Shown in pieces: positions 6,997-15,619 of a stretch of DNA of 64,000 nt. A program made the position numbers and the translations under genes. The DNA lies in the IMG/VR virus record IMGVR_UViG_3300028786_000007, positions 1 through 64,000 of that record; one strand, given 5' to 3'. The notes under the pieces were generated by a model. The model was given only the letters and a program-made list of their open reading frames with translations. It did no database searches and was not told where the DNA came from. The DNA comes from a virus. Within the stretch, counting starts at the first letter, position 1. Every line of letters begins with the position of its first letter.

Positions 6997-7662
6997 ATGA
7001 ATCTATACGAAATCCTTGGCGTGGATCCGAAAGCCCCCATTACTGCTATTCGAGCTGCTTATATGCGCCTGGCTAAAGTACATCATCCTGATAAAGGCGG
7101 CTCCGAGCAAAAGTTTCAACAATTGCAGCTCGCCTATAATGTGCTGAAGGATGAAACGAAGCGGGCGCACTACGACGAGACCGGAGAAACGCAGCCGAAA
7201 GCCAGCGAGGAAGAAGAGTTTCAGAACAAAGTTCTGATGTTCCTGAACTCTGTTGTGCAGTATGTTGTGTTTAACGACAACCTCACCCCTTTCGACAATT
7301 TGCAAGCGATTTGCATAGAAATGTGCGAACAAAAGCTCAAGGAACTCGACGACGAGATCAATGCAATTCGCAGCGCAGAGAAAAAGATACGCCGCGTAGT
7401 CAAGCGCTGGAAGCGTAAGACGCCGGGCAAGCAGGATTTCATTGCGGGCCTTCTTACCCAAAAATTGGAAGAGGTGCGCCGGAAAATCACTTTGGTGCGC
7501 AATACCCGTAAGATTGTGGAAGCGACCAAGGAAATCCTCGTGGATTACGACTTTATCGCGGCTAAGCCGAAACCGCAGCCTGAGCCGAACCCTCAGGTGA
7601 AGGTCATCGTGACGGAAATCACCCTAGCAGATATGGAACGCCTGATGCGGGGTACGGGATGA
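6997..7662 (+). CDS. DnaJ (J-domain) protein
   Basis: NLYEILGV...AYMRLAKVHHPDKGG...AYNVLKDETKRAHYD with HPD motif. Confidence 0.9.
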   Translation: MNLYEILGVDPKAPITAIRAAYMRLAKVHHPDKGGSEQKFQQLQLAYNVLKDETKRAHYDETGETQPKASEEEEFQNKVLMFLNSVVQYVVFNDNLTPFDNLQAICIEMCEQKLKELDDEINAIRSAEKKIRRVVKRWKRKTPGKQDFIAGLLTQKLEEVRRKITLVRNTRKIVEATKEILVDYDFIAAKPKPQPEPNPQVKVIVTEITLADMERLMRGTG

Positions 7663-8087
7663 GCCCGGCTTATATCAATCCAAGCCACTGCCCTTGCTGC
7701 GGTCAATCACTGCCTGTGGTGGGCTTGACTGCAGACCGCTTCACTAAGCGCGCTATCCGAGGCTCGAGGTCAGTTCAACTCTCCCCTTCAGAATATACGT
7801 TGCTGGCGCGTTTGTTGGTCAAGCCCGGCCAATGGGTCAGTTTGGACGCAATCATCTTCGCGATGTGGGTAAATGTCGGAGCAGAAGAGCCCAATTCGGC
7901 CGTGAGGGTGGTGTCCGCTATGACGTATCGTCTGCGGAAAAAGCTGCCGCAACTGGGGTTTACTCTCCAGGCTCATAAGAGTCATGGCCGCCGCCTGATC
8001 GCCTTGCCCGTCACGACCCCACCGGACAGAGGCTTTTCGGCAACTACGAATCGTGAGGATGTGGTTTATACACAATCTAGGACTTGA
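7659..8087 (+). CDS. OmpR/PhoB-type winged-helix DNA-binding protein without receiver domain
   Basis: LSPSEYTLLARLLVKPGQWVS..IIFAMW..VVSAMTYRLRKKL..GRRL; N-terminal CPCCG. Confidence 0.75.
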   Translation: MSPAYINPSHCPCCGQSLPVVGLTADRFTKRAIRGSRSVQLSPSEYTLLARLLVKPGQWVSLDAIIFAMWVNVGAEEPNSAVRVVSAMTYRLRKKLPQLGFTLQAHKSHGRRLIALPVTTPPDRGFSATTNREDVVYTQSRT

Positions 8088-8112
8088 CTTCTGCGCCCGG
8101 CAGCAGTAAAGT
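8084..8112 (+). promoter_or_regulatory. Sigma70-type promoter with embedded palindromic operator (copy 1)
   Basis: TTGACT-17nt-TAAAGT; spacer ACTTCTGC-N5-GCAGCAGT shared with copies at 52718 and 58471. Confidence 0.75.
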
Positions 8113-8163
8113 TGCTTCTGCGGTGGTTGAGGGTGGTTCCTTAACCCACTAGGAGGGAATAAA

Positions 8164-8676
8164 ATGCTGCAGGAACTTACCCGTACAGCCGTTAAGGCTC
8201 CAGTTTCCAATAAAGATCTCGTCGAGCAGTATAACCGTCTGGCCAAGATGGTTGATGCTACGCCAGTCACGCGCTTCGCTTCTCGGGAAGTCGCCCTGAA
8301 GCGCTTGGAGCGGATCCAGGCTGAGGTCAAAGCGCGCTTCGTCACGACGCCGGAGCGTAAAAAGCGCCAGAAGGTGTTCAACTACCCGCCGCGCGACGAA
8401 CTTAAGGCATTGAAGCCGGGTACACTGCGTGCTGAGGCTCGCGACCTGCTTAAGGCCGGTGCAACGCTCGGTAAGGTGGAAGAGCTGATCGCGGATTGGG
8501 ATAAGCGCAACGGCGACAAGCCCTATCGCTTGGAGCCGCGTGCTTATGGCCTTGTGAGGCTGCTGCACACCTATATCGGCTATGCCCTCCGTGAGGAAGG
8601 CGAAGGCGACAATAAGATTATCTTCCTGATGGATACGAAGGAGTGGAATGCGTGGAGAGCCCAGAGAACGGCGTAA
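8164..8676 (+). CDS. Hypothetical basic protein
   Basis: Strong RBS AGGAGG, directly downstream of the promoter. Confidence 0.75.
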   Translation: MLQELTRTAVKAPVSNKDLVEQYNRLAKMVDATPVTRFASREVALKRLERIQAEVKARFVTTPERKKRQKVFNYPPRDELKALKPGTLRAEARDLLKAGATLGKVEELIADWDKRNGDKPYRLEPRAYGLVRLLHTYIGYALREEGEGDNKIIFLMDTKEWNAWRAQRTA

Positions 8677-9170
8677 CCTCCTCGGAAATAATTCCAGCAA
8701 AAGCCGATCACTTTGTGGTCGGTTTTTTGTTTTCTGAGGACGGAGAGAGTTTGTTGTTAATTGAGAAAAAGCGGCCGGCTTGGCAGGTTGGCTATCTTAA
8801 TGGCATTGGTGGGAAGATTTATCCTGGCGAGGCTCCGGTCGCCGCTATGGGGCGGGAGTGCATTGAGGAAGCCGGCGTGGACGTGGAGTGGTCTGAATTT
8901 GCCTGCGTTGAATATGGTGCCCACTTCTTGCATTTCTTTGCGGCGCGCGATGGTACAGCATTCCTGGATGCGCGGCAGCAAACGGATGAGCCCTTAGCGC
9001 GTGTGCGCTATTTATCGGTGCAGTACCCACAGAACATTTATGAACTATCGGTTATTCCGAACCTGAAATGGCTGATACCCCTAGCTCGGCACCACCTTTT
9101 CTATGAGAAGGTCACGTTGGCTCATGTCATTATGACGGGAGGGGGAAGTACAATAGCGAGGAAAATGTGA
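8643..9170 (+). CDS. Nudix hydrolase
   Basis: Nudix box GGKIYPGEAPVAAMGRECIEEAG; start uncertain. Confidence 0.85.
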   Translation: MECVESPENGVTSSEIIPAKADHFVVGFLFSEDGESLLLIEKKRPAWQVGYLNGIGGKIYPGEAPVAAMGRECIEEAGVDVEWSEFACVEYGAHFLHFFAARDGTAFLDARQQTDEPLARVRYLSVQYPQNIYELSVIPNLKWLIPLARHHLFYEKVTLAHVIMTGGGSTIARKM

Positions 9171-9985
9171 TACGCAAGCGAGAATACCGTGTAGTTGTGG
9201 AGGCCGTTATTCTCGCCCTACTATCAATCCTAATTGTGCACTTGTTCTTCGAGCGCTTTACCCCCACTGCCGATTGGCTCTGGCCGGCTATGGGCCTCAC
9301 TCTACTGATCATGGCCGGCGTCAGTGCCTATCAGGCTTGGCGACGCCGCATTATCCTGGCCGGCGATATTGGCCTGCTACAGGGCGCGACTTGGAACCTT
9401 GTGCTGCTTATGGAGAACTATGGCACGAAGTCCTCAGGCCGGCGCGCGGCCGGCCGGGCGAAGGTGCTAGAGCGCTTCGCGGTAGAGGGGGCCAAGGAAG
9501 TCGCCGCGGGCCGACCAATGCCTATGGGCGATACCGGCGCGCTCGACCTCACTACGCTCGGTTTTGAGCTCATTACCCGCAACGAGGAAGATGGCTCCAA
9601 GCACTGGCGGCGGGTGAACGGCATTCGTCGCGGGCTGTATTGCTACCTGGCATTGGTGGAATTGCAGAGCCCTGGCCTCGCCTATCGAGGCATGGTCGAA
9701 CACATGAAGACCCAGCGTAAGCTCGGCGACGGCGTGGACAATTTCCCGGAGTTAAGACGCCTGCTGGGCCTTCCCACGGAATGGCCGACCGACGACCTGC
9801 CGGAGTTTTGCGAGCGCATGGGTATCACTGTGGAACGGGAACGCGCCGTGCTGGAGGCCGTCGCTGCTGGAATGGCCGTCGCGTTTAAGGGGTTGCAATA
9901 CAAGCCTTGGCCAGAGGCGGGCGAACAAGAACAGGTTTATGTTGGTCGGGAGATATTGGCTGAGATGCGTGAATATATGAGGTAA
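9167..9985 (+). CDS. Hypothetical membrane protein (two N-terminal TM helices)
   Basis: Two hydrophobic stretches; GTGA overlap. Confidence 0.65.
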   Translation: MIRKREYRVVVEAVILALLSILIVHLFFERFTPTADWLWPAMGLTLLIMAGVSAYQAWRRRIILAGDIGLLQGATWNLVLLMENYGTKSSGRRAAGRAKVLERFAVEGAKEVAAGRPMPMGDTGALDLTTLGFELITRNEEDGSKHWRRVNGIRRGLYCYLALVELQSPGLAYRGMVEHMKTQRKLGDGVDNFPELRRLLGLPTEWPTDDLPEFCERMGITVERERAVLEAVAAGMAVAFKGLQYKPWPEAGEQEQVYVGREILAEMREYMR

Positions 9986-9987
9986 AA

Positions 9988-10191
9988 ATGAGCGATTTCC
10001 TGGCCAGTCTTGAGCCTCTCCTGAGACGGCGCTGCGAGGCTGTATTGCAAATTGACACGGCCCTGGCGCACCTCCCGCGCCACCAGCTCATCGCTGTTCT
10101 CACCAGTTATATCGACCTTGATCAGCTTGAAGAAGCCCTACCAACCATCTGCGGAAGCGATAATGCAAAATCACCAGCGCCTGAGCATTGA
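9988..10191 (+). CDS. Hypothetical protein
   Basis: RBS GAGG, packed ORF. Confidence 0.55.
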   Translation: MSDFLASLEPLLRRRCEAVLQIDTALAHLPRHQLIAVLTSYIDLDQLEEALPTICGSDNAKSPAPEH

Positions 10192-11059
10192 AGAATTCGG
10201 CAAAATCCTGATCCAGAGCAATGACCTCGACCCGGTCTATTGCGCGCTCTACACCATGATGGAGGGCGACGTTCTCAGCCAGGAACACCTCTCGCGGTGG
10301 ATCCTCGCCTATAGCTGCCTCTACCATTGCGGCGTGGCTAGCTACCTTAGCGAGTTCGAAGGCGAGGCGTTCTTTAAGGCGCTGATGGTAGCGGCCTGGA
10401 ACGAGGAGCCCTCGCCGGTCGGTGAGCGGTGGCCGCGCGGGCATGAGCGCCGGCACTGGCGTGGGGCTCAGGCGGTGGACAGCTGCAAGGCGCTTTGGGA
10501 CCGCTACCACAGAGAGCCTGAGCACTTCCTGGATTACGTGATATGGCAATATGCGGCCGACGGTGAGCGTGGCCACCCCACTACCTTCGCTGATATCTCT
10601 GAGCGAGTCCGCACCCACCGCGGCTTCGGAGGGTGGATTGCCTTCAAGCTGGCGGACATGATTGACCGGCTACAACTGCGTCGGGTCGAGTTCAATTATG
10701 ATGATGTCACCATCTACACAGATCCTGTCAAAGCTGCGGAACGTCTTGTACGGCAACGCAATGGTTTTCCCGAAACAGCTTCAGTAAAACCGGAAGCCGT
10801 GAAAGCAGTTTTTGAAGCTTTAGAAGAGCATTTCTCCAATTACCCAGCTCCACCGGTGGGCGACCGGCCAATTGGACTTCAGGAAGTCGAATCAATATTG
10901 TGCAAGTGGAAGTCCCACATGAACGGGCACTATCCGCTCTACAATGACATCCGGGAGATCCGGGAAGGGCTGCTGCCCTGGGCGGAAGTCAGTGAGGTGG
11001 CCGGCTTCTTCCGCGCCGCGATGCCCAAGTTGCCCGCCGAGAAGAAGGTGGCCGCATGA
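10163..11059 (+). CDS. Amino acid:DNA transferase (aGPT-Pplase2 / AADT family) for thymidine hypermodification
   Basis: NDLDPVY, WPRGHERRHWRG, FGGWIAFKLADM and QEVESILCKWKSH..GHY motifs recalled from M6/YuA-type enzymes; cluster context. Confidence 0.8.
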   Translation: MQNHQRLSIEEFGKILIQSNDLDPVYCALYTMMEGDVLSQEHLSRWILAYSCLYHCGVASYLSEFEGEAFFKALMVAAWNEEPSPVGERWPRGHERRHWRGAQAVDSCKALWDRYHREPEHFLDYVIWQYAADGERGHPTTFADISERVRTHRGFGGWIAFKLADMIDRLQLRRVEFNYDDVTIYTDPVKAAERLVRQRNGFPETASVKPEAVKAVFEALEEHFSNYPAPPVGDRPIGLQEVESILCKWKSHMNGHYPLYNDIREIREGLLPWAEVSEVAGFFRAAMPKLPAEKKVAA

Positions 11060-11673
11060 AACGCCAGAAGATATGCGGCGTGTATCGAATACGCTGTTGC
11101 ACTTCAGGATATGCATATATCGGAAGTGCGCTGGATATTGAGCAACGCCTTAAGCACCATCGCAGAACTCTCCAGGAAAATATCTGTGTTAACAAAGTGC
11201 TTCAATTTGCCTGGAATGTGTTCGGGGAAGGTAATTTTGCCTTTGAAATTGTAGAAACTTGCGAAAAAGAGCAGCTCCTGGATCGGGAGAGCTTCCACGC
11301 GGAACAAACTGAATTTCTCTTCAATCTAGGCAAAGTGGTACGCCGCCCGAAAGGCATGACCCCTGAAGGTCGTCTCCGTTGTTCTGAGGCGGCGAAGCGA
11401 GCACATAAAGAAGGTCGCCTTGGCACACCAACGTGGCGTGCAGCGACATGGGAAGGGCTTCCAGAGCGTGGCCGTAAACTATCGGCTGACCGCAAACCAC
11501 TATCCAAAGAACAACGCCAAGCTGCATCTGAACGCATGATTGCCATGCAAGTTGAGGGCAAAGTACCCCCTCGAACCTGGAGTGATTCAGAGCGCCAGAG
11601 GGTCAGGGAACAAGCGGAAGCTCAACGCAAAGAAGGTCGGCTGGGAAGTCGTTCCCATCGAGGAAGCAAATGA
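11056..11673 (+). CDS. Free-standing GIY-YIG homing endonuclease
   Basis: CGVYRI..YAYIGSA..QR..H, LQFAWNVFG..NFAFEIVE..RE..FN; basic NUMOD-like C-terminus. Confidence 0.85.
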   Translation: MKRQKICGVYRIRCCTSGYAYIGSALDIEQRLKHHRRTLQENICVNKVLQFAWNVFGEGNFAFEIVETCEKEQLLDRESFHAEQTEFLFNLGKVVRRPKGMTPEGRLRCSEAAKRAHKEGRLGTPTWRAATWEGLPERGRKLSADRKPLSKEQRQAASERMIAMQVEGKVPPRTWSDSERQRVREQAEAQRKEGRLGSRSHRGSK

Positions 11674-12515
11674 CCAATTTTGATACCATCGTTGTGGGAG
11701 CCGGCATCTTTGGTACCACTATTGGATTGTGGTTGCGCCGCCAAGGTCAAAGCGTGTTGATACTGGACGCGGAGAAGCCTCTCTCGGGCTCAGCTCCGGC
11801 AGCTTGCATTGTAAGACCCCAGTGGTTGGGCAAGATGTCTAAGAAGGAAATGGCCCAAGCTTTCTCCGTATTGGACGAGCTTTACGGCCTCCATGAGCTA
11901 GAGGCTCGTATTCTAGTTGCAGGCTTCACCAAGAGCATTTCCGTCTATTGGGTTGCACCACGTGCCATTCTCAAAGCAGGGCGTTTTGAGCCGGCCGAAG
12001 TTGTGGAAGTCGGTGTTGGTGAATCTCCTTGGGTTCGGTGCAGCGATGGTCGCATTATCCATGCCAGAAGCGTGGTGGTGGCTGCTGGCGTGTGGAGCTC
12101 GAAGTTATGCACAATCAATAACTTAACAGCTCAGGCTGGTGTGGCATTTACGTGGAAAACCGAAGACCCTGAGGATGGTCGCCCACGCATCGCTCCGTGG
12201 GCTCCATACCGGCAATTGGTGGCCCTGAACCGGGCACCGTATGAAACATGGGCGGGCGATGGCACTGCGCTAAAGCAGAGCTCACTGACCCCGGAACGTA
12301 TTGCGGCTTCTCGTGAGCGTTGTGCTAAATTTGTGAACATGCCCCCTGAGGATGCTACCGAGATTGTTGGTTTACGTCCTTACATTCGTGGCTTGAAAGA
12401 TCCATGCCTGGTCGAAGAGGTAATGCCGAACATCTTCGTCGCTAGCGGAGGCAGCAAGAACGGCACGGCCGGGGCCGGCTGGGCCGCGTATAAGATTGCT
12501 GAAGCAACGAATTGA
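11670..12515 (+). CDS. FAD-dependent oxidoreductase (DAO/glycine-oxidase-like; candidate glycinyl-thymine lyase)
   Basis: IVVGAGIFG Rossmann motif, VVVAAGVWS, GLRP, GGSKNG; lies next to the AADT. Confidence 0.85.
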   Translation: MTNFDTIVVGAGIFGTTIGLWLRRQGQSVLILDAEKPLSGSAPAACIVRPQWLGKMSKKEMAQAFSVLDELYGLHELEARILVAGFTKSISVYWVAPRAILKAGRFEPAEVVEVGVGESPWVRCSDGRIIHARSVVVAAGVWSSKLCTINNLTAQAGVAFTWKTEDPEDGRPRIAPWAPYRQLVALNRAPYETWAGDGTALKQSSLTPERIAASRERCAKFVNMPPEDATEIVGLRPYIRGLKDPCLVEEVMPNIFVASGGSKNGTAGAGWAAYKIAEATN

Positions 12516-12525
12516 GGCTGAGGCG

Positions 12526-13494
12526 ATGGCGTTTTCCCACGAGGGCTGGACATACGGCGCGGAGCACGAGCTCGCCGACATCGACCGGCGCAAGCCGCTA
12601 CCGGCCGGCTATAAGTGGGACGACCGCGATGTCACGATCGTCAATAGCAACGGCATCGCCAATGACCCCAAGGGCCGCCTCTATGGTTATGGTGGTGAGA
12701 TCAACACGCCGGCCACCAATTCAATCTCTGGCCAGATGGGGTGCCTGCTGCAGATCCTGGAGTGGGACCTTAGTGCTCGTGTGAATTACCGCAGCAACCT
12801 ACATTTGCATATCCGGGTTCCAGGCCTCAAAGAAGATCTCCGCGCGCTGAAGCGCCTTGCACTCTACAACGCGCATTGGCTTCCGATTGTGCTTCCGATC
12901 ATTGAGCCCATTCCCTACCCGAATGGCGACGACTACGGCACGGAGCTCTCCTGGCAGGGTGCGCTGCGCCGCTATAAGCGCCGTAAGCGGTCCCACCAGA
13001 CGGTCTTGACCCCGCAGCGCACAGCGAAGATGATCGAGGCGCACACCGTGGAGGAGTTTTTCCGCGCGGAGGTGCCCGTGGACAGTAAGGGCAACCCGAT
13101 GTGGCATGCCCAGGCGCGCGCCGCAGTCAATATCCGCCAGCTGCGAGAAACTGAGACAATCGAGTTCCGCCACTTTTCGGGCACGCTGGACATCAACGAG
13201 CTCAGCCACTGCTTCGATTGGTGCGAGCACTACCTGCTGTGCGCGCTTTGCCCAACTTGGGGACTGCGGCCCTCCGCCTTAGACCCCTATCAGACCTTCA
13301 AGCCACACAAGCCGTTCCAGGGCGTGTTGGCCGGCTTCCCGGAGTTCCCGCCCTACGACCATGCCCTGGAAATCCGCTACCGGGCGACCTGCCATGACGG
13401 GTCGCTGGAGCAAGAGCAGATCGCTAGGAATATCAAAGCGATAGAAGAAAACAGTTTTGACGATGAAGCTTGGGAGAGATCACTAAAATGGTGA
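12526..13494 (+). CDS. Putative amidoligase (COOH-NH2 ligase, glutamine-synthetase/GCS fold)
   Basis: TYGAEHE, GGEINT, LHLHI, AVN and TIEFRHFSGTLD motifs; start may be 12496. Confidence 0.75.
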   Translation: MAFSHEGWTYGAEHELADIDRRKPLPAGYKWDDRDVTIVNSNGIANDPKGRLYGYGGEINTPATNSISGQMGCLLQILEWDLSARVNYRSNLHLHIRVPGLKEDLRALKRLALYNAHWLPIVLPIIEPIPYPNGDDYGTELSWQGALRRYKRRKRSHQTVLTPQRTAKMIEAHTVEEFFRAEVPVDSKGNPMWHAQARAAVNIRQLRETETIEFRHFSGTLDINELSHCFDWCEHYLLCALCPTWGLRPSALDPYQTFKPHKPFQGVLAGFPEFPPYDHALEIRYRATCHDGSLEQEQIARNIKAIEENSFDDEAWERSLKW

Positions 13495-13775
13495 ATAACG
13501 CAAGAATAGGCGAATTTCGAATGATGGCGGCTCAGGTCTTTTATGCCGAAGACGCCGATGGCTTTCTCCGCCGTTGGGAGCCCACTCCGGAGACGTTGCG
13601 CGGCTCCGAAATGGCGCGCGCGATTCGCGGCGGCACGGCTATCAATGACACGCCAACCCTGATCGAATTTCTGGTCGATCGGCTGGTCAACCTTCATGGC
13701 GAAAGCCTTGACGTGGATTATATCCGGGCGGCAAAGGAACGTGCGGCAATGTTGCGCGACTCGTTGCCAAAATGA
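13488..13775 (+). CDS. Hypothetical protein
   Basis: Packed ORF, ATGA overlap with the next gene. Confidence 0.6.
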   Translation: MVNNARIGEFRMMAAQVFYAEDADGFLRRWEPTPETLRGSEMARAIRGGTAINDTPTLIEFLVDRLVNLHGESLDVDYIRAAKERAAMLRDSLPK

Positions 13776-14116
13776 CCGTTTACGTCGACGACATGTACGC
13801 CATGCCGATGGGGCGCTACCGCGGCATGAAGATGTCGCACATGATCGCCGATACGGAAGCGGAGCTGCACGCCATGGCGGATCAGATTGGCGTGAAGCGA
13901 CGCTGGTTTCAGCAGGTTCCGAGCGGCAACCATTACGACATTGCCATGAGTAAGCGCAGTCGAGCAGTGGCGGCCGGCGCGGTGGAGATCACCATGCGGC
14001 AGTGCGCGGCGATTTGCGCGTGTCAGCGCCGCGGTGAGGCTTACTCCTCGCCGGAGGACGCTTGGGAGAAGCACCGCGCGCGGCTTAGCGCGATAATCAA
14101 TGCGCCGGAGCAATAA
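13772..14116 (+). CDS. DUF4031-family protein
   Basis: MTVYVDD..MSHMIADTEAELHAMADQIGVKRRWFQ..HYDI..R.RAVAAGAVEI. Confidence 0.85.
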   Translation: MTVYVDDMYAMPMGRYRGMKMSHMIADTEAELHAMADQIGVKRRWFQQVPSGNHYDIAMSKRSRAVAAGAVEITMRQCAAICACQRRGEAYSSPEDAWEKHRARLSAIINAPEQ

Positions 14117-14184
14117 TCCACATGCTGCGTTGGCTTAAGCGGCTACGTTGCGTTTTGTTCGAAGCATGAAAGAGGAATCGACGA

Positions 14185-14742
14185 ATGACAGTTCTGGTAC
14201 TTTGCCACGGAGCAATCTGCCGTTCACCTATGGCCGTTGCAGTGATGAAACGGGCAGGTCTTACGGATGTTCATTGCGCAGGCTTCAAGCCCGCGGACGA
14301 AAGGTCCAAACCTTCCCCGAAGAAGGTGCGCGACTGGGCGATGGAAAATGAGGGTCTGGACCTCTCATTGCATCGTTCCAAGTCTGTGACCGTGGACATG
14401 CTACGGCGGGCGGAGATTATCCTCTACATGGACAGCGGCCAGATGGGTCGGCTGGAAACGCTGTGGGAGGAAAACGGCCTCGCCGCTGAGCTTGGCCCGG
14501 TTTATGCGCGCGCCCGGCCGCTGGCCGCTTACCTGACCACCCCCCTGGGCCGCATCGGCGACCCGATGTTCCAGAAGCCGGAAACCCAGGAGTTTATGAC
14601 CATTATGGGTCAGCTCGTGGAAGCTTCCACGCGCTTCGCTCGCGAATGGCAGGAACTCAAGAAGGGCGACGCGCAAGTCGCCGGCCTGCAGGCGGCGGCC
14701 ACCGCCAGCACGGACGGTGCTCCTGAGGAGGCCGCGGCGTAA
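14185..14742 (+). CDS. Low-molecular-weight protein tyrosine phosphatase / ArsC-like phosphatase
   Basis: VLVLCHGAICRSPMA (CX5RS P-loop), HRSK, IGDP general-acid motif. Confidence 0.85.
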   Translation: MTVLVLCHGAICRSPMAVAVMKRAGLTDVHCAGFKPADERSKPSPKKVRDWAMENEGLDLSLHRSKSVTVDMLRRAEIILYMDSGQMGRLETLWEENGLAAELGPVYARARPLAAYLTTPLGRIGDPMFQKPETQEFMTIMGQLVEASTRFAREWQELKKGDAQVAGLQAAATASTDGAPEEAAA

Positions 14743-15347
14743 TGCCCCAATTGGTAAATATACGGGGCACTAGCGGCTCCGGTAAGTCCACAGCGGTCCG
14801 CTCCATTATGGAGCGGGCTGATAGCGTTGACCCCTTCCTGGCCGACCCGGCCGTGTTCGGCAAAAAGCGCAAGAACCCACTGTTCTATCTGTGTCAGTTC
14901 AAGGGTCATCCGGACGTGGCGGTGCTCGGCCACTATGGCGCAGATTGCGGCGGACTGGACACATTACCTTCTTATGCTTTCATCACAGAACTGATCCGGA
15001 CTCGCTACAGCGAAGGTCAACACGTGATCTTCGAAGGGCTATTGCTCAGCCATGACACCAAGCAGGTGCTCGGGCTGTGGGACTGGCTCGGTAAGAAGGA
15101 TTTCACCGTCCTGGAGCTTACCGAAACGGTGGAGACCTGCGTGCAGTCTGTCAGGGACCGGCGCGCGCGGAAGGGCCAACCTCCGGAGTTCAATACGAAC
15201 AACACCGTGCGTCGGCACGGCGAGGTTATACGGGCGTGTAGTAAGCTCGAGGCGGCCGGCGTACCGGTGCGGCGCATTAGCCGGGCGGAATGCGTTCCGA
15301 CCGTCCTGGAGCTGCTGGAGCTGCGTAAGGAGGCGGTGGCGGCGTAA
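14742..15347 (+). CDS. P-loop nucleotide kinase associated with hmdU modification clusters
   Basis: NIRGTSGSGKST Walker A; GGLDT; VIFEGLL; lid R..RR. Confidence 0.8.
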   Translation: MPQLVNIRGTSGSGKSTAVRSIMERADSVDPFLADPAVFGKKRKNPLFYLCQFKGHPDVAVLGHYGADCGGLDTLPSYAFITELIRTRYSEGQHVIFEGLLLSHDTKQVLGLWDWLGKKDFTVLELTETVETCVQSVRDRRARKGQPPEFNTNNTVRRHGEVIRACSKLEAAGVPVRRISRAECVPTVLELLELRKEAVAA

Positions 15348-15619
15348 TGGCGAAATATCGCAAGAAGGCGGTGGAAGTTGAGGCTTGGGGAACCAAGAGC
15401 GGCGAACGTGCACCGGATTGGCTTCAGCAGGCTGAAGTGGAAGGTCGTGCGAGCTACCACTTTGCTATTGGCGGTTCAGGCTTTTCCATGTCCATCAAAA
15501 CTCTTGAGGGGGTGATGACGGCGGATTTTGGCGACTTCATCATTCGCGGCGTGAAGGGCGAGATCTATCCTTGCAAGCCGGATATCTTTGAAGCGACCTA
15601 TGACAAAGTCGACGAATAA
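15347..15619 (+). CDS. Conserved phage protein (YRKK..TLEG..GDFIIRGVKGEIYPCKPDIF family)
   Basis: Widespread phage motif recognised; function not established. Confidence 0.8.
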   Translation: MAKYRKKAVEVEAWGTKSGERAPDWLQQAEVEGRASYHFAIGGSGFSMSIKTLEGVMTADFGDFIIRGVKGEIYPCKPDIFEATYDKVDE

